DNA of 64,000 bases from Spirochaetia bacterium (lineage in GTDB: Bacteria > Spirochaetota > Spirochaetia > SZUA-6 > Bin103). The stretch is from the NCBI GenBank assembly GCA_965198005.1, contig CBDAOI010000004.1, positions 1,504,001 through 1,568,000 on the forward strand, in the 5' to 3' direction. The translations under genes were made by a program, and so were the position numbers. This document shows positions 1 through 9,194 of this stretch, piece by piece. How positions within the stretch are numbered: position 1 is the first letter of the stretch; every line of letters begins with the position of its first letter. Under the pieces are notes generated by a model. That model was not told where the DNA came from, did not search any database, and was given only the letters and a program-made list of their open reading frames with translations.

Positions 1-559
1 GGGTAGCGGCCGCGGTAGATCGCATCGAGGAAGTCGATATCGTCCGGCGTCAGCGAGAGCGGCGCGCCATGGTCGGCAGCCAGCGCAGTGAGCCGGTGTA
101 CGTTGTGAACATGGTCTTGATTGACTTCTCGACGCACTGTTGAGCGTGGCAGCAAGCGCCGCGATGGAACCCGCCGGTTCGGAGGTAGGCAGCGGTGTCG
201 CGTTCCTCCTCGGCCTGCCGGCGCCATGCTCTTGTCGCCTCTCTCATGTAGATGCAGACTCCCTCACTTATGATTTTGCGGACGAATGGGCTGCCCTGAC
301 GTACATACTCGGCCAGGTCCGAGCGGGTTACGACGTAGTCATCGATGTCGTACTTGTGCCGCAACGGCCGCAGCGCCGAGCGGAGCGCGGCACGTCGATC
401 CCGGCTGGTTGGACGGCCGTCGTCGTCCGTTACCACCAGGAGGTCGATGTCACGCCCGGACGTGTCTTCAGCAATTGAGCCGAACAGGATGATCTCCAGC
501 GGGTCGATTGCCTCTACCACCGCGTCGCGTACTACGGCGGCAGTGTCGCGAGTCACCAC
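1..559 (-). pseudogene. MNT nucleotidyltransferase in frame with a HEPN domain; HEPN broken by a deletion/frameshift and runs off the window edge
   Basis: LFGS..DIDLLVV (MNT motif), then MREATRAWRRQAEEE..ACCHAQQCVEKSIK (HEPN N-terminus). The HEPN C-terminus VHNVHRL..DFLDAIYRGRYP continues in another frame at 1-110. Confidence 0.75.
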
Positions 560-619
560 GCTCCTACGGCTACCATACGACTTGCACCCGTGTCCATGCG
601 TTGTGGGCCAAGCGTGGCG

Positions 620-873
620 TCAGTAGAGCTGATTGCGGTTCGCCTCGTCCTCCGAGGCGTCGATTTCGTCGGAGTCCGCTCCCTCGATCTGGTCTGCCAG
701 CACGGGCGGTCGGGCAACAGCAGCGTGCGTTCGTCCGGGACCGCTACGAAGCCGGGAGGATCGCCGCGCGGCGATGCGTCCGCCTGGCCGTTCGCGCCCG
801 CGGTGCTGATCACGCAGAAGGGCGACATCGCGATGAACTTCCGGCAGCAGTGCTGGTCGAGATGGTCGATCAC
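620..873 (-). pseudogene. Pyridoxamine 5'-phosphate oxidase-like FMN-binding protein remnant
   Basis: FIAMSPFCVISTAGANGQADASPRGDPPGFVAVPDERTLLLPDRP, then an abrupt jump to a C-terminal-like segment in another frame. Confidence 0.65.
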
Positions 874-1110
874 CTTGTCTGCCGCGCGCGCATTCGCTCA
901 TGGAGTCGGTCAGTCTGTCGTCGATGCCGCCTGTCCGGCACTCTCTACTATGGCGGTGGACGCTGGGCAGGGATCTCGACCCGTTGCATAAGTGGCGCGA
1001 CCAGGGATTCCGGGGGCTGCCGTCGATAAGGTCGTGGCGCTCGGCCCCGCGCGTCCTGCGCGGTCGAGGGGCTGAGGAAGAGCGGAGCAACTACCGGTAA
1101 CCATCGAGCT

Positions 1111-1574
1111 CTATCGTGCCGGCTGCGCACTGGCGGGCGCAGGAGTGAACGCCCGATCACCGACGACCAAGACACGCCCCACTGCGCGAAGGGCCGCCTC
1201 GACTTGGCCAATATGGGAGCGATGACGAAGGTCAAGCAGCCGAGCGACTGCGGATTGGCTTATGCCCAGCCGCCTCCCGAGGTCAACCTGAGTCACGCCC
1301 TGACGCCGCATCGCGGTATACAGTGCGAGCTTGGCGGCCACGACAGAGGGTACCGCTACCAACTCCTGGCCGGCCACCACGTCACTCGGCACGGGGATGT
1401 CTCTGCGACCATCGACGTAAAAGCTGAGGGCGACGGCGAGAGCATCCTCGCCCTTTTCAAGGGCTTCCATACGGCAATCCCACAGGTCAGCGCTTCGGGC
1501 ACGTCCGGAAACGACACCGAGAAGCCGCCGGCCTCCGGTTCGGGGGTCAATATGCACGGGTAGGTGTATCGCAT
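1111..1574 (-). pseudogene. hicB: HicB-family antitoxin with C-terminal HTH, frameshifted near 1480
   Basis: MRYTYPCILTPEPEAGGFSVSFPDVPEALTCG in one frame; EALEKGEDALAVALSFYVD..IPVPS..KLALYTAMRRQGVTQVDLGRRLG in another. Confidence 0.8.
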
Positions 1575-1640
1575 CAAAAGCTTGGGGATTCCGAGTTGTT
1601 TGAGCATCGCATGATACGTACCGGGCAGTTCGCCCGACGG
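1575..1640 (-). pseudogene. HicA toxin C-terminal remnant
   Basis: ELPGTYHAMLKQLGI directly upstream of hicB resembles the HicA C-terminal helix. Confidence 0.55.
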
Positions 1641-1875
1641 TGGTTTCGCCGTGAATGAGCGTTCCGAAAAAGGTGCACCAAGAGACAGGCGTTCCGGAAC
1701 CTCCGCGGGGGGTCTAGCCGGTGACGTGGGCCGGTCACATCCGTACGCCATCCCCCGCCTGCGCATCGTCCGGGAGTAGCGTCGGCTGGGCTCAGCCCGC
1801 TCCGGAGCCGTCATTCGCCGGCAATTTGGCCGTCCGCAGGCCGTTCGCTGTCCAAGTCGGCCGCACAGCGGCCCG

Positions 1876-1955
1876 CTGAAGACGACGATTGACATCCACG
1901 ACGAGTTGCTTGCCCGGGCGGAGCAGTACGCGAGGGATTCCGGACGCTCGTTATA
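1876..1955 (+). pseudogene. VapB/RHH-type antitoxin N-terminal remnant
   Basis: Translates LKTTIDIHDELLARAEQYARDSGRSL. Confidence 0.5.
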
Positions 1956-2008
1956 CGCCGTAGAAGTCCATCGTACCTACAAGAGTCGGATCGAAACGTT
2001 GCGTAGCG

Positions 2009-2239
2009 ATGCGGCGCTCGATGGTTCTCGTCGATAATGGAAACCTGCGTGCTGTGTGGGATGGGAACGACGGTGAGCATTTCGGGCTTCAGTTTGTCGG
2101 CAGCCACGCACTGCAATACGTAATCTTCCGGCGACGCACGGGAAGCAGCCACATCTCACGGGTGGCGGGGAATGATACCCTTGACGGCGTCAAGCGCCAG
2201 ATACGAGCCTTTGAACTCGAAGCACTCCTGGAAACGTGA
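2009..2239 (+). CDS. Hypothetical protein, probably a 5'-truncated fragment
   Basis: Protein-like composition (LVDNGNLRAVW..FGLQFVG..LQYVIF); no family recognised. Confidence 0.35.
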   Translation: MRRSMVLVDNGNLRAVWDGNDGEHFGLQFVGSHALQYVIFRRRTGSSHISRVAGNDTLDGVKRQIRAFELEALLET

Positions 2240-2472
2240 CGGACAACCACCTGCCGGACGAGCAGCTTGAGCTTGCGGCGGAGGGTCCGCTCTGGTACCG
2301 AATCGTCACCGGCACCTCGCTGCGTATCTGAAGCTCGATCTCCCGACCATACCGCTCACCGCTGCGCCGCGCGCCATGAATCGCATGCATCGAGTCCTGG
2401 TGGACATCCGTGCCCCGGCCACACATCGTTGAACACCTATTGCGTCCGCGCCGAGCGGGTGTGGAAATTTCG

Positions 2473-2516
2473 TTGACGTTGTAAGATAATCATAGTATAT
2501 TTCTGACCATCGTCAA
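2473..2516 (+). promoter_or_regulatory. Sigma70-type promoter overlapped by an imperfect inverted repeat (probable AbiEi operator)
   Basis: TTGACG(2473)-17 bp-TATATT(2496); arms TTGACGTTGTAAGA / TCTGACCATCGTCAA. Confidence 0.65.
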
Positions 2517-2554
2517 GGGTTAACCGGGGTTAACCGCAAAGAGGGCGTGATCCG

Positions 2555-3178
2555 ATGACCCCTATGGCTGACAAGATCATGAAGAGGGTGTCCGCGCACG
2601 ACAACGGGAGTTGGGTGTGCACGCCGAAGGACTTCCTGGACCTCGGGAGCCGGGAGGCCGTTGACCAGGCTCTGTCGCGGCTTGTCAAGGCTGGCCAGTT
2701 GCGCCGGGTCGGCCACGGCCTTTACCACATGCCCAGGTTCAGCAACGTGTTGAAGCGGTCCGCGCCGGTCGACCTGGACGCGGCCATCGCAGCGCTGGCA
2801 AGGCGGGACGGCGTTCGGATCATGCCGGATGGCCTGGTGGCCGCGAACCAGCTCGGTCTCACGAACGCAGTACCTGCAAAGGTCAGCTTCGTGACGGATG
2901 GCTACTCGAGGACGCTCAAAATTGATGGACGAACGGTCCGGTTCCGGCACGCGGGGCCGAGCGTCATGCAGTGGGCGGGGAAGCCGGCGGCGCCGGTGGT
3001 TCAAGCACTGCGGTGGCTCGGCCCGAACACGGCCGCAGACGCGCAGGTCGTTTCGACTCTGAGTCGCCGTCTGCCCGACGATGTGAAGCTCGATCTATTG
3101 AAAAACAGCCGCGATCTACCCGGCTGGGCGCTACCGCTTGCGCGCGACATCACAAGTGATCAGGCCGTTCCCGTATGA
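2555..3178 (+). CDS. AbiEi/DUF6088-family antitoxin (type IV TA)
   Basis: TPKDFLDLGSREAVDQALSRL..GLY, AANQLGLTNAVPAK..VTDG; ATGA overlap with the next gene. Confidence 0.85.
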   Translation: MTPMADKIMKRVSAHDNGSWVCTPKDFLDLGSREAVDQALSRLVKAGQLRRVGHGLYHMPRFSNVLKRSAPVDLDAAIAALARRDGVRIMPDGLVAANQLGLTNAVPAKVSFVTDGYSRTLKIDGRTVRFRHAGPSVMQWAGKPAAPVVQALRWLGPNTAADAQVVSTLSRRLPDDVKLDLLKNSRDLPGWALPLARDITSDQAVPV

Positions 3179-4218
3179 GTGGAAACACCGAGTCCTTTCT
3201 GACTCTACCGGAGCAGGACAGGCGCGATGTCTTCGAGGCGGCGGCAAGCCGCCTCGACACATTGCCCGGCTACGTGGAGAAGGACTTTTGGGTCTGTCTC
3301 GTCCTCGACGCGCTCTACAACCGGCTGCCCGACGGGCATCCGAGGTTGCTCTTCAAGGGCGGGACGTCCCTGTCCAAGGCCTTCGGGCTGATCAAGCGGT
3401 TCTCCGAAGACATCGATCTCGTCGTCTACCGTGACGATCTTGGCTTCGAAGGGGAGCGCGACCCGACCATAGCAAGTAACCTGTCCAACAAGAAACGCGC
3501 CGCCCTGTTCAAGGAACTCAGGGCGGCATGCAGCAGCTACGTTCGCGGAAACCTGCAAACGGCCCTGACGAGGCTGATCGACGAGATTGTGGAAGGGTGC
3601 CACGTTGGTCCGGATGAGGACGAGGTCGACGGGCAGACGCTCTTCATCGAGTACCCCACCCTGTACCCGAGCGGCGATGTCGCCTACGTGGCGCCGCGAG
3701 TGAGGATTGAGGCAGGTGCGAGGTCGGCGCTCGACCCGAGCCTGACCTGCACCATCGCCCCGTATGTCGCCGACGAACTACCCGACTGGTCGTTCGACGT
3801 GGGCGCCGTCAGGGTGATCGCGCCGGGGCGCACCTATTGGGAGAAGCTGCTGATCTTGCATGGCGTCCACTGCGGATACCGAGACGCCCAGCGGCTGCCC
3901 GCTGACAAGGATCGGATCTCGCGCCACTACTACGATGTGGCAATGATCGCGGCGAGCGACATCGGACGGGCCGCGCTATCCAACATCGACCTTTTGGATG
4001 CGGTTCGGAACCACAACCTCATCGCGTTCCCGCAAGCCTGGAAGCGGTTCGAGGAAGCCGTCCCTGGATCGGTCAGATTGATTCCACAGCCTGAACTACG
4101 AACGGTGATTGAACGGGACTACAGAGCCATGGAGGGCATGATTCTCGGTGAGGCTCCGGACTTCGCTTGGGTTATGGAACACTTTGAACGCTCTGAAGTT
4201 GCGATCAACGGGATTTGA
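3175..4218 (+). CDS. AbiEii/AbiGii-family nucleotidyltransferase toxin
   Basis: VEKDFWV, LLFKGGTSLSK..IKRFSEDIDL, RTYWEKL, SRHYYD motifs. Confidence 0.9.
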   Translation: MSGNTESFLTLPEQDRRDVFEAAASRLDTLPGYVEKDFWVCLVLDALYNRLPDGHPRLLFKGGTSLSKAFGLIKRFSEDIDLVVYRDDLGFEGERDPTIASNLSNKKRAALFKELRAACSSYVRGNLQTALTRLIDEIVEGCHVGPDEDEVDGQTLFIEYPTLYPSGDVAYVAPRVRIEAGARSALDPSLTCTIAPYVADELPDWSFDVGAVRVIAPGRTYWEKLLILHGVHCGYRDAQRLPADKDRISRHYYDVAMIAASDIGRAALSNIDLLDAVRNHNLIAFPQAWKRFEEAVPGSVRLIPQPELRTVIERDYRAMEGMILGEAPDFAWVMEHFERSEVAINGI

Positions 4219-4230
4219 TGAAGAACCCTC

Positions 4231-4760
4231 GCGTTTGACGGCGGTCGACTGACATCGGACAGCGGCGTACTGCTGCTTCGCGAAGCTGACAGGTTGTTCG
4301 ACGTGAGCGGCAGACTGGCGGCCTGTTTTGCTGACCATCGCGATCCAGCGCGGGTCGAGCATCGTCTCGAGACCCTGATCGCACAGCGGGTGCTGTCTCT
4401 GGCGGCCGGCTCAGATCCGCCAACGCTGGCCGGCTACGAAGATCCTGGTACGCGGTGACTCGGGATTCTGTCGTGAACAGATCATGGCTTGGTGTGAGGG
4501 GCAAGGCGTCGATTATGTGTTCGGCTTGGCGCGCAACGCACGCCTGCAGAAGCGTATCGACAAGGCGCTGCGCAAGTCGCAGCGACGCTGTGCGGTGACC
4601 GGGAAGGCGGCGCGGCGGTTCCGGGAGTTCCGCTACCGGACGCTCGACTCGTGGAGCCGCCGGCGCCGGGTAGTGGCCAAGGCCGAGTGGCTGGCCGGCG
4701 CCGGCGGCGGCAATCCGCGTTTCGTGGTAACCAGCCTCGACCGGCAGACGATTCGACACC
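4231..4760 (+). mobile_element. IS1380-family transposase remnant (internally deleted)
   Basis: AFDGGRLTSDSGVLLLREADR..DHRDPARVEH, then LVRGDSGFCREQIMAWCE..VDYVFGLARNARL..RRVVAKAE..NPRFVVTSL. Confidence 0.85.
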
Positions 4761-5117
4761 TACGCCGTCGAACCGGAGCGCAATCGCCAACTCCACACCG
4801 CCACGCTCGGACTCACCTTGACCCGTGACGCGGTACGCCTCAGCACCCGCTACCGCGGCACCGCGCGCTTTCCCTTCGGGGCAGCCAGCGAGGTGGAACC
4901 GCGCTTCTCCCATCTGGTGAACGTGTCGCTGCGGGTCGACCTCGCCAAAGTGGAGTAGTATCCCCTGGTGACCGAGGGCCCAGCATACGCCGAGGCGCTC
5001 CGCCTGCTCGATCGTCGGCAGTACCACGCGGCAATTGCCGCGCTCCAGCGGCTGCTCGAGGAAGATTCCAGCGGTACCGCACACGCCTTGCTGGGGGTCG
5101 CACATTTCCAACTTCAG

Positions 5118-6200
5118 ACTTCCTGACCTCAGCCAGAATCAGGTGACACTTCTGGCGGCGGATCGCCGGCCAACTCGTAGACGAGCCTGAGTTCGGTTCC
5201 GGGATAGACGTCGAACAGCCGGCGCCACGGCTGGCTGCCGCCGTGGTGGGCGCAGGCGTGGTGAACGCGAGTGGACGCGGGGGCGCCTACGGAGCGATCA
5301 GCCGGAGCGGTTAGTTGTTTCTCAGTTTGCTCGGTTGTGCGACGGGGAGGGGGGGGGGACTCCTCACCATTAAGCAAGCGCGCCGCGAGCTGATTTTCAG
5401 CAAATCTCGGCGAGCGGCTGTCGGGGGAACAGAGTGTCATAAGCGTTGACGTGTTATAGGTCACTCAAGCCCTCCGCAGGTGGGGGCCCCACCATTTGTC
5501 AAACCCCGCCGCGAAAGGATTCCAGTCTGGGGGGGGCAAGGGTCCGGGGGGGGGGCAAGGGTAGGACACGCCGGTTGCGCTGCCGCTAACCGGTGGCAGC
5601 GCTGAGTAGTGTTTTCAGCCATCTTTTGCATCCGTTGCGCCGTCTCGCCACCGGTCGCCAAGTGCCAGTGATCACCATCAGCTCCGCCGTGAAGCCTCTT
5701 CGATATGGCTCCAACGGACCGCTCATGCGGACCCGCGACAGTCTGAACTTCCTGACCTCAGTTCCAGCGGGCCCATGGATCGGTACCTCGAGCGGGTGGA
5801 AGTCCTCCTCCGGCCAGTCCTCGCCCGTGAAGTTCTTGTGCCAGGTGATGCAGGCGATGCCGCGCCGGGCCAGCCGCTTGAACAGGTCCGGGCTCCAGCC
5901 CTCGCGGTCGAACACCAGGGTGAGCGCCGGCGCACCGGCCTCCGGCTGGGTCAGGTCGGGGGCCGCTTCCGGCACCACCCCCAGTTGCAGCAGGTGCGGC
6001 ACCACGTCCTGCTCGATGGCCTTGATCAGCTTCGGGTCGAGCGCCTGGTGCAGGCACAGCAGGGGCGTGCCGCCCAGGGCGTTGATCCAGTAGCTCACGG
6101 ACGCCGGCAAACACAGTTTCTGGCGCGCGACGAAGTGTTTCGGCAGCCGACCGTTGCGCCCGGCGTATACCTTCACGTGGCCGTCCACCACGAAGGGCAA
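5118..6200 (-). mobile_element. Putative transposase remnants (central part 5762-6195; C-terminal part 5129-5215)
   Basis: VDGHVKVYAG..LPKHFVARQKLCLPA..LVFDREGWSP (DDE-like); VYPGTELRLVYEL; identical 15-mer ACTTCCTGACCTCAG at 5118 and 5747. Confidence 0.6.
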
Positions 6201-6393
6201 CGATTTTTTTTCTGGCCGCCCGTTCCGGCCGTGGTCGGCGCAGCGGTGGTGCAGTCGAAGGTGCGCGGCCCGCCGCGTGGGTAAAGCGCGGAGCGTGCGG
6301 GGAGGTCAGCGGGAGCGGTTAATGTTGAGTCAATCGAACATCACGGGCAGCAGGTTGCGCAACCGCCCAACCAAATGCTAATACGAGTGTGCA

Positions 6394-7155
6394 ATGAATC
6401 GACTCGACGACAAGGTAGCGATCATCACCGGCGGCGCCGGCGGCATTGGCGTGGCCGCGGCGCAGGAGTTTACGGCTGCAGGCGCGAAGGTGCTGCTGGT
6501 CGACCTGGACCCGGGCGCCCTGGAGGCGGCCGCCGCCACGGTAGCCGGCGAGGTCAGCACCTTCGCAGCCGACGTGACCGATCCGAAGCAGGTCGAGGCC
6601 TACGTCGCGGCGGCGCTGGAGCGCTACGGTGCGGTCGACGCGTTCCTGGCCAACGCCGGCATCGAGGGCGGCGTCGCCTCGATCATCGACTGCGACGTCG
6701 AGAACTTCGATCGGGTGATGGCGGTAAACGTGCGCGCTGTGTGGTTCGGTCTCAAGTACGTCATGGCGGCGATGCGGGAACGCGGCGGCAGCATCATCAT
6801 TACCTCGTCCACCGCCGGGATCAAAGGGTTGGCCGGGATGGCGCCGTACCACACCAGCAAGCATGCGGTTATCGGCCTGATGCGCTGCGCGGCGCTGGAG
6901 GGCGGGGAATACGGCATCCGGGTCAACACCGTCAACCCCGGCCCGACCGAGACCCGCATGATGCGCTCGATCGAGGACCAGTACCGGCCCGGCGAGGGCG
7001 AGCGGTGGAAAGCGGGCGCGGCGGCGCGCATTCCGCTCGGACACTACGGCCAGCCCGCCGACGTGGCCAGGATGATGTTGTTCCTTGCCAGCGACGCCGC
7101 CGCCCACTGCAGCGGCGGCGTCTACATGGTCGACGGCGGCCAATCCGCTCACTAG
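6394..7155 (+). CDS. Short-chain dehydrogenase/reductase (SDR)
   Basis: TGGAGGIG, NAG, YHTSKHAV, GIRVNTVNPG, VDGG. Confidence 0.95.
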   Translation: MNRLDDKVAIITGGAGGIGVAAAQEFTAAGAKVLLVDLDPGALEAAAATVAGEVSTFAADVTDPKQVEAYVAAALERYGAVDAFLANAGIEGGVASIIDCDVENFDRVMAVNVRAVWFGLKYVMAAMRERGGSIIITSSTAGIKGLAGMAPYHTSKHAVIGLMRCAALEGGEYGIRVNTVNPGPTETRMMRSIEDQYRPGEGERWKAGAAARIPLGHYGQPADVARMMLFLASDAAAHCSGGVYMVDGGQSAH

Positions 7156-7501
7156 ACTTAGCGGTACTGCTTATGGAACAGTTCTTGAACCTGCGTTCAC
7201 TTCGCTCAGGTATCAAACAGACTCAGGTCCTCGTCAAAGGCCTCCTTCGCCAAGTGTTCACGAATCAGCTCGACCGACCACGGGCCGTGCTCAATGATTA
7301 TACTGCTTCGTGCGGCGCTGGTGGGGGTGCCGCTGGCTTTAAACCGACGTGGCGCCGCCGGCAGCCAGGCGCCCCCCGTCGCGCAGGCGCGGATCGAGCA
7401 GGTCGCGCATGGCACCGCCTTCGGCGAGACGCGACACTTGACCGGTCAAACCGCACCGACGATACTTCCACCGTCATGGTCAAGTGGTTGCTTGCCCGTA
7501 A

Positions 7502-7738
7502 ATGGACATGGACAGAATCGTAGTCGACTCCAGGGTTCATTTCGGAAAGCCGTGCGTTGTCGGTACGCGTATCACGGTTCAAGACGTTCTGGAATTGGTT
7601 GACCAGGATATTCCGTTCAGCCAAATCATACAGGACTACTATCCTGATTTGACCTCTGCGGACATCCATGCGTGCATTCGGTACGCGATCGCCTTAGTAG
7701 GGGCGGAGGACATCCGCTTACGGTCGGCGTCGGTCTGA
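7502..7738 (+). CDS. DUF433-family antitoxin
   Basis: RIVVDSRVHFGKPCVVGTRITVQDVLE..YPDLTSADIHACIRYA. Confidence 0.9.
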   Translation: MDMDRIVVDSRVHFGKPCVVGTRITVQDVLELVDQDIPFSQIIQDYYPDLTSADIHACIRYAIALVGAEDIRLRSASV

Positions 7739-7870
7739 GATTTCTGCTAGACCAGGACGTCTATGCGGCCACGGCCCGACACTTGGCTGATGTGGGGCAT
7801 GACGTTGTTCGTGCCGCTGATCTCGGTCTGTCGAGAGCCACCGACGAAGAACTACTCATGGCGAGGAGAC
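7735..7870 (+). pseudogene. DUF5615/PIN-like toxin, truncated
   Basis: LRFLLDQDV..LADVGHDVV..LGLSRATDEELL, then loss of similarity; overlaps the DUF433 stop. Confidence 0.75.
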
Positions 7871-7989
7871 ATTGGCGCAGGCATTCGTTGTCGTCGGCCC
7901 GGGAGGGCATAGAATCAGAAGGCTCGCGGATCACTCCTCGTCTCTCCGCCGTGAAGATCGTTCGGTTCAGTAGTGAGCTGGCCTTTGCC

Positions 7990-8300
7990 CGCGCCATAGC
8001 GGCCAAGGCGGCCGCGCAGCCGGGGATCCAGCAGATCGCGCACCGCGCTGGCTTTAGACCGGTCTAAGAGACCGGCCGCCGCCTCCGAGCGCATGCGCAG
8101 CAGCAGGCCGTCGGCCTTGGCGGCCAGCTCGAAGCCGCTGGGGTCGGGCGCCGCCAGCAGCGAGCCGCGCGCCCCGAACGCCGCCAGCACCAGGCCGACG
8201 CCGGTCTCGATGGCGGCGGCCGCCTCCGGCACCGCGTCGCCCACCAGCAGACCGAGCGCCGGCGTGCCGCCGTCCGTGTCCACCGCCGCAGCTACCCCGG
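7990..8300 (-). pseudogene. Mosaic of an autotransporter-like fragment and a DppC-type permease C-terminal remnant
   Basis: GARGSLLAAPDPSGFELAAKADGLLLRMRSEAAAGL, then AVRDLLDPRLRG (the same motif ends the permease at 58.7 kb). Confidence 0.35.
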
Positions 8301-9179
8301 TCACCGCAGGCCGTCGTCGGGAAGAGCTTCGGCGGGTTTCGGGGGGATCCCCTTCGCGACCCGCTCGTACACGCCCGCCATCGCCTCGAGGAACGAGGTG
8401 TCGCGGTGCCAGAACTCCGGATAGTCTCCTTCCCGACGCAGTAGCAGGGCCGAGACTGGCGGGGCTTGGCCCTCCGCCGTCACCTCCCGAGCCAGCGGCC
8501 TGCCGCGCCAGAACGCCCGCAGGTCGGAGGCGGGGGTCTCGCTACCGCTCTCTTCCACCAGGGGGAAGCGCGGTTCCCGCACCGCGGCCGCAAGATCGGG
8601 ATCTCCCGAGCCGGCATCGCCGAGCAATGCCGCGCCGAATTCGGACTGCGAGACGGCCTGCCGGAGCTGCCGGCGATCCATGCCCCGGAACTCGAACAGC
8701 AACAGGGGATCGCGGTCGAGCAGCGACGCGACGTGGTAGTACACGCCCGCCACGTGCTTGCACGGATTTGCCCAGTCGGGACACGAGCAGGACGAGCGAA
8801 TCTCCTGGCGCGTTCGCGGCAGCAGCTTGACCTTCGATCCATCGAGCGCCTTCTCGATAGTGGGGGGCACCTCGCCCAGAATCAGGTGCGTTACCCAGTC
8901 GGCATTGGATCCCAATCGCTTGAGGATTGTTTTCCAGCGCGCGGCGGCGACCTTCTCGAACTCGATCTTCACGGCGTAGTAGGGCGTCTTGTAGACCCCG
9001 AAATACGGATTGACGTTGCCGACGATCGTGGCTTCGATCTTGCCCTGCCGAATCGAGAACTCCTCCCGCCGGTGCGGCGTGGCGTAGCTTCGACCTCTCG
9101 ACAGCCGGCCCGAATCCATGCAGCCCTCCAGGGCGTTCAGGAACTCCGCACCCCACCAGGTCTTGCTCCGCCCTGCCAT
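8301..9179 (-). CDS. SWIM zinc-finger protein
   Basis: TWWG..GRLSRGRSYA, CSCPDWANPCKHVAGVYY..DRDPLLLFEFRG. Confidence 0.92.
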   Translation of the reverse strand: MAGRSKTWWGAEFLNALEGCMDSGRLSRGRSYATPHRREEFSIRQGKIEATIVGNVNPYFGVYKTPYYAVKIEFEKVAAARWKTILKRLGSNADWVTHLILGEVPPTIEKALDGSKVKLLPRTRQEIRSSCSCPDWANPCKHVAGVYYHVASLLDRDPLLLFEFRGMDRRQLRQAVSQSEFGAALLGDAGSGDPDLAAAVREPRFPLVEESGSETPASDLRAFWRGRPLAREVTAEGQAPPVSALLLRREGDYPEFWHRDTSFLEAMAGVYERVAKGIPPKPAEALPDDGLR

Positions 9180-9194
9180 ACGCCGCCCTCCTCG

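Noticed and set aside
7438-7449. TTGACCGGTCAA palindrome, also present at 35289-35300
   Set aside because: The flanks share nothing further, so it is likely coincidental
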